This document shows positions 57,901 to 64,000 of a stretch of DNA of 64,000 nt, in pieces (the first letter of the stretch is position 1; every line of letters begins with the position of its first letter). This DNA is from the human T2T-CHM13v2.0 reference genome, Homo sapiens. The stretch is from NCBI RefSeq assembly GCF_009914755.1, contig NC_060925.1; one strand, written 5' to 3'. The notes under the pieces were generated by a model. It saw only the letters and a list, made by a program, of their open reading frames with translations, was not told where the DNA came from and did no database searches. The position numbers were made by a program, and so were the translations under genes.

Positions 57901-60900
57901 ATGGCCAGACGACCAGGCTCCCCTGGGCATACGGAGAAGCGGCCTCCCATGAGGTTGTCTGAAGAAAGAGTAACTAGAAGTGGGAAAAGAAGACACTGTG
58001 GGAGCAGACAGGGCAGCCTGGATAAGCATCTTCACACCAACTCCTCTCTGCCACCTGGGTTACCCCAGCAACGAGGCCAGGCAGGGGCCACAGAGAGGAG
58101 CAGAGGGGCAGGAAATCAGTGGGGCAGGCGAGACAGGAGCATGGTGGGGGAGTGGGCAGAGGACTGGTTCTGCCTGGGAGGAGAGATGCAGACCAGTTTC
58201 AAGGCCGGGCATGGGGAAGTGGCTTGAGGTTGTACAGATTGGTGGAAAAGAAGAGCCATGCTGCCACACCAGCACTCTCCAGCCTCCCCTGAGAAGATCC
58301 CACAGCCCAACGCCTGAGATCCCGAGAAACAAGGCCCCTGGGTGCCTTGCCAGCCACACAGAGGTACCAGCTCAGCCACCAACATGATGGCAGGGTCAGG
58401 GTGGTGAAGTCACAGCCTGGGGAAAGGGGAGGGCAGCCAGGCCTTTCCCTTCCCTAATTCTTTCTGAACCCAGGGAAGAGAGCATACAGGTAATTTAATG
58501 CAATGGAGTGGGTGTGCCCCAAACCAGCTCTAAAAGAAAATAAAGAACACTAAGAAGGACTCCCCAGGTCCTTGCTGGTCTACCCAGGTGGCACCGATCA
58601 GTACAGATGATGTGATTAAGATTCTCAACAGAATCTCTAGACCAGGCCTCGTCACAATGTCTAAGACTTCAGAGAGTAAACCTGCCTATTAAAAAAAAAA
58701 AAAGGACTCCTCATTTGGTTCAAGGGTCACCTGGTACCTTTAGGAGCCCACTGGGGCCATCTCAGGCATCTCTGCCGTTTGATCTCATGTCCCAGGCATA
58801 ATAATGAGAAGCTCTCCTCTTATCTGAGCTCACCCAGGAATCAAGCCCCACCTCCCTGCTCCAGGCTGATGCCTCCTAGCAGAGCTTACTTCCATCATCA
58901 GCACCTACAGGCCTGTGAGGCAGGAGCTGGGGATGTTCTGTCCCGGTTGCTCAACCCCCTCACATTGGCTCCCATTTGCATTAACTGAACATGCTCAGGG
59001 CACATGCCACCCTCCTTTTCAAAAGACCCAGGCCTGCATGACAAGTTACTTCCCCAGCAGCAGCCACCCGCCAAACATAGGTGAACAGCAAGGCCACAAC
59101 CCCACGGAAAAAAAAGCAGAGAACTTCAGAAAGCAGCAGCTCAGGCACAAGGTTAGTTAATCTTCAATCACCTGGGGAAAAAAAAAGTTTGTCACCTCCC
59201 AAGGGCCTTTGAGTGGGAGCTGCCACTGGATGGGCAGAATTACCTAATCTGCCTGGTACCCCTGAGGTTGCCTTGTCCATCCGCCTGCCTCCAGACTGGT
59301 CAGCAGGGCCAACCAGGCACACAAAGCTCTCCAGCAAAAGAGTGTCACCCATCCCTCCCCAGGGTCCACTGAATGTCCCTGAGCTCTCCTGGGCTGTGAC
59401 TAACCCAGACCATGGAGGAGTAGAGACCACTTCCTCCATGAAACTGGGACACAGATATTCACCTCCCCCCAAGAATAAACCATGCTTAAAGGTGGTCTCT
59501 AGTCAGACCCAGTCCCTTCTCAGGACTTCTTCCCTCCCAGATACAACTTCTCACTCCGTTGACAAGTCTTAGATCCCAATCTGTTAAAGCTCCAACTAAT
59601 TTTACAGCCAGAGTTAGATAACAGGAAAAAGATATCTCCTTTCCTCTCATCATTGTCATCATCAGTAACAATCACAATAGGTCCCATTTGTTGAGCAGGC
59701 AGATACGTGCCTTACACGTCTCTAATTTAATTCTCCCTACTCGACAGCTGGGGAAACAGGCTCGCTAAAGCTCCATGACTTATCCAAGATCACACAAATA
59801 GTAGTGGCAGAGCTGGGATTCCAACTCTGGCCCAGTTCCTTGAAATGTTCCCATTTGCCTCCAGGAGAGAGGGATATCTATCTTGGCCCTGCAGTGTGTA
59901 CAAGGCCTGGTACATAGGAGACACCCAGAAAATACTTGTTTCATAAATGACTCAAAACATGGATGGACAGTGCAGGGATGGGTGAATGAGTGAGCAAGTT
60001 AAATGAGCTCTGCTTATCTCAAGACCAGCCCCAAGGCACACAGGAAGTGGCCGCTGAGGCAAGAAGGACCTCTCAGCTACTGCCCCCTCGGTGCACGCCA
60101 CTGCTGCTATGAGGGTCTGTGATTCAGAAATGCGGGGAGCCAAGCACCTCAGGTGGCCTCCCCTTTCATTCACCTAAAATCTGCCTTCCGCATCTCTGGG
60201 AAAGCCCCTTTCCCTGAGCTCCCCCTCAGGGGTGGCACCTGCCCCAGGCAGGGAAGAGGGCCTGATCCTGCAGAGTGGTGACTCTCCCGTCGCGTTAAGA
60301 CAAATGTGCATAGATCCCACACTGGGATCTGTGCACAGCCACTGTCTCTGGGAATAGCCGTTTCCTTAAGAACTCTGACTACGGGTGTCACTGAAAGAGA
60401 AGGTGCTGGGATTGCCCCTTCCCCACACCCCCCTTGCATTTGGGCCTTCATCAGTTTTCCCCAGTGAGGGCCCCTGGTCTCCAAGGGAGGACTGGAGAGA
60501 GCCAGGGCTGTGACCAGGGCAGCTGCCAGTCCTAGCGAGGCTGCCAGCCCCATATCCTGGAGCGCCCAGCAGGAGAGGCGGTTCTGAGAAGGCAGCGAGC
60601 AGAAGGACCCGCAGACGCAGAGGCTCATTACAGGGAATGACTAAGTGAGCTGCGCTTCCAAGGGAAACCCCACTCGCTTCTGCTCGCTGAGACGCTCATC
60701 CTTGAGCTATTTTGACTAAGGCGGCTTCCAGGTGCTGCCCTCCGCTGGGGCAGCCCACTGAGAGAGCAGCCGGGTTGCTGGAGGACCCTCTGCCTGGAAG
60801 TCTTGGTCCTGGCTATTCAGGTCGTCTGACAGGTCTGCCCCACCCGTTTCCAGGGCGGGAAAGTCTGCCCATCACCGATTAAAGTGAGATGCTGGGAATG

Positions 60901-61286
60901 GGGGAAATCCGATCAGCACCTCCTAGGTTTTTGCGGCTGGATTTCAATAAGGAATGTGACAGTCTCGCAGCAGCTGTGCCCTGCCTGAAACAAGCTCTAT
61001 TTGAAACCTCCAACAGCTGAACCCCTCCCAGCTACCCGATGGCCAGCCCGCCCAGCCACCCCCCCACCAAGCCACCCCCTGCCCCAAATGACAAATAAAT
61101 AGAAAAACCCAAGCAACAAGCAGGCGCATGCATACGTACAAACATTACGCACATACACACACACACACCAACAAATTGGGGGTGGGGGTATCGTGGAGCC
61201 ACTTGTCCACCGATTCCCAGGTCTCCAAGCCTTCCAGCCCACAGCAGGAGAGCTCCCCGGCAAGCAGAGCATCGGCAGAAACCCAC

Positions 61287-61660
61287 CTTCCTCCATCTCC
61301 ACTCCCTCTGGGAGGGAAACCCCCTCCTCCGTCTTGGGGCTGGACTGAGAGGCTGGAGCAGTGGGGCCAGCTCCCCGCTAAAGCCAGTGCCTGCTGTTCT
61401 CCATCCGGGCGCGCACTCACACACACACTCATCTTTATTTATCCCAAGGAGGAGTTGAGGTGGGAGGGGAGAACTGGGGCTGAGCTGGGGCGCGGGCTTG
61501 TGGGGACCGCCTGGGAAGCCCTGTCATCCCGTCCCAAGGAGAGGTGCTCCCCCAGCTGATTCCAAGGCGGCGCCCAGCTGCTCTGCCCAGGTAACACCTG
61601 TAGCCATTTTTATCAGGAGATGTTTACGAAGCAGCAGCAGGTTTATTCTGAGTCCTCTCT
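61287..61660 (-). other. KCNN3: Probable alternative first exon 1B (non-coding; SK3-1B would start at the Met in exon 2); 5' boundary approximate
   Basis: Donor GAAG|GTGGGT at 61287/61286 in a CpG-richer, repeat-free zone about 0.7-1.1 kb downstream of exon 1A, where an exon 1B has been described. Confidence 0.55.
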
Positions 61661-62235
61661 CCTGAGGGAAAGGACCACTGATTTCCTCCACCTATATTTT
61701 TACCCCATGCCCTCAGGAGACCCAGGTCATGGATGGTTTTCTATTTTGCCCGAGACTCTCTGAGAAGAGGAGGGAAACAGAAACTTGGGAAGAGATGGAG
61801 AAGACAGGGAGAGAAGGGACTTGGGCAATGGTACGGAATCCCCACCCCCCACCCAGACATTTATTTCTTTTTTATCCTCAGGAAAATGGAGTGGAGCAGG
61901 GAGGGGAGGAAAGAAGGGGAAGTCGCAGGAACTGGCAAACACATGAAGGCGGAGTGTAATTAATTGGTGCGTTAAGCTGCTGGGTTATGCTTTAGTACGA
62001 GTGAGCCAGGAGGAAAAGCGATTTCTCAGAAGGGATTATTGAATCCTCCCTAACAGAGAGTCTGCAAATTAGACACAGTGTGTGGGGATGTCCCCTACCC
62101 CCCAGAGGAAGCTAGGAATGAATTCTCCCGGGATCAAGAAGGAAAACCACGGGAAGTTAGAGTGTTGAATATAACTGAGCAAGCGCCTCTCACCACCACC
62201 ACCACCTCTCTCTCCCAGTCTCCCTCCCAATCTCT

Positions 62236-62238
<3 letters not shown>

Positions 62239-62274
<36 letters not shown>
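62239..62274. repeat. (TC)18 microsatellite within a wider pyrimidine tract (about 62205-62315)
   Basis: Direct reading. Confidence 0.95.
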
Positions 62275-62277
<3 letters not shown>

Positions 62278-62324
62278 CTCTCTCTCTCACAATCCCCCTC
62301 TCTCAATCCCTCTCTTGCTACCTA

Positions 62325-63611
<1,287 letters not shown>

Positions 63612-63639
63612 TCAGCTTCACTCCTCGCTGGCTCAATAG

Positions 63640-63900
63640 CTTCGCTCGCCTCCTCCTGCCACTGTTACATTGTAAGCCAAGCCCACTTATTAGCAGCTGG
63701 TCTCATTGGCTTGGCTTAACTCTCCAACCTCCTCCTAGCTCCGCCCCCCGCATAGGCTCCTCCCCAGAGGAGGGGCCTGGCGTCCTGGGCTCCGGCCCCA
63801 GTGGCGGCGCAGCGAGGACTGGGAACTGTAGTTTTTGCTCCCCCACCCCGGAGCTGAGCCGCTGTCCTCTTTCCTCTGACAGGTATGGCCACAACCCTTA
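63640..63900 (-). promoter_or_regulatory. KCNN3 main proximal promoter
   Basis: CpG/GC-rich region upstream of exon 1, with CCAAT (attgg 63705-63709), E-box CAGCTG (63694-63699), GC/Egr box ccgccccccg (63741-63750) and an ACTACA-TCCCAG motif. Confidence 0.75.
63819..63832 (-). promoter_or_regulatory. ZNF143/THAP11-type motif ACTACAGTTCCCAG
   Basis: Reverse complement of ctgggaactgtagt matches the promoter motif ACTACAnnTCCCAG. Confidence 0.7.
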
Positions 63901-64000
63901 AGCCCACGGCGATAAGGGATGTTCGCTCACGCTGGGCGATGGGGAGGAGGGACAGAGGGCCTCCGAAGGAGGGGAGGTGTGCACCCTGATGAGGGGGCAG

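Overview
Human (or very closely related ape) genomic DNA covering the 5' part of KCNN3 (SK3/KCa2.3, small-conductance Ca2+-activated K+ channel) on the minus strand. It includes the GC-rich promoter at the right edge, coding exon 1 with two polyglutamine tracts (12 Q, and a pure (CAG)20), the 46.8-kb intron 1, the 96-bp exon 2 and the first 15.4 kb of intron 2. Intron 1 carries an alternative first exon encoding MERPIK (SK3-1C type) and a probable non-coding exon 1B. The rest is intronic DNA with Alu, L1, L2, MIR, LTR and DNA-transposon remnants. Almost all ORFs in the supplied track are spurious. The most notable unexplained structures are: (i) an apparently non-TE ~200-bp inverted duplication at 39.3/41.4 kb that could form an editable pre-mRNA duplex; (ii) an excess of perfect octamer (ATGCAAAT) motifs, including an Ig-promoter-like cluster upstream of the MERPIK exon and a 12-bp inverted octamer pair; (iii) an isolated 41/42-identical direct repeat 2.75 kb apart; (iv) head-to-head inverted Alu arrays. 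These are hypotheses from reading the sequence. I see no evidence of a new protein-coding system. Repeat subfamily names are from memory of consensus sequences, and boundaries of old repeats are approximate.
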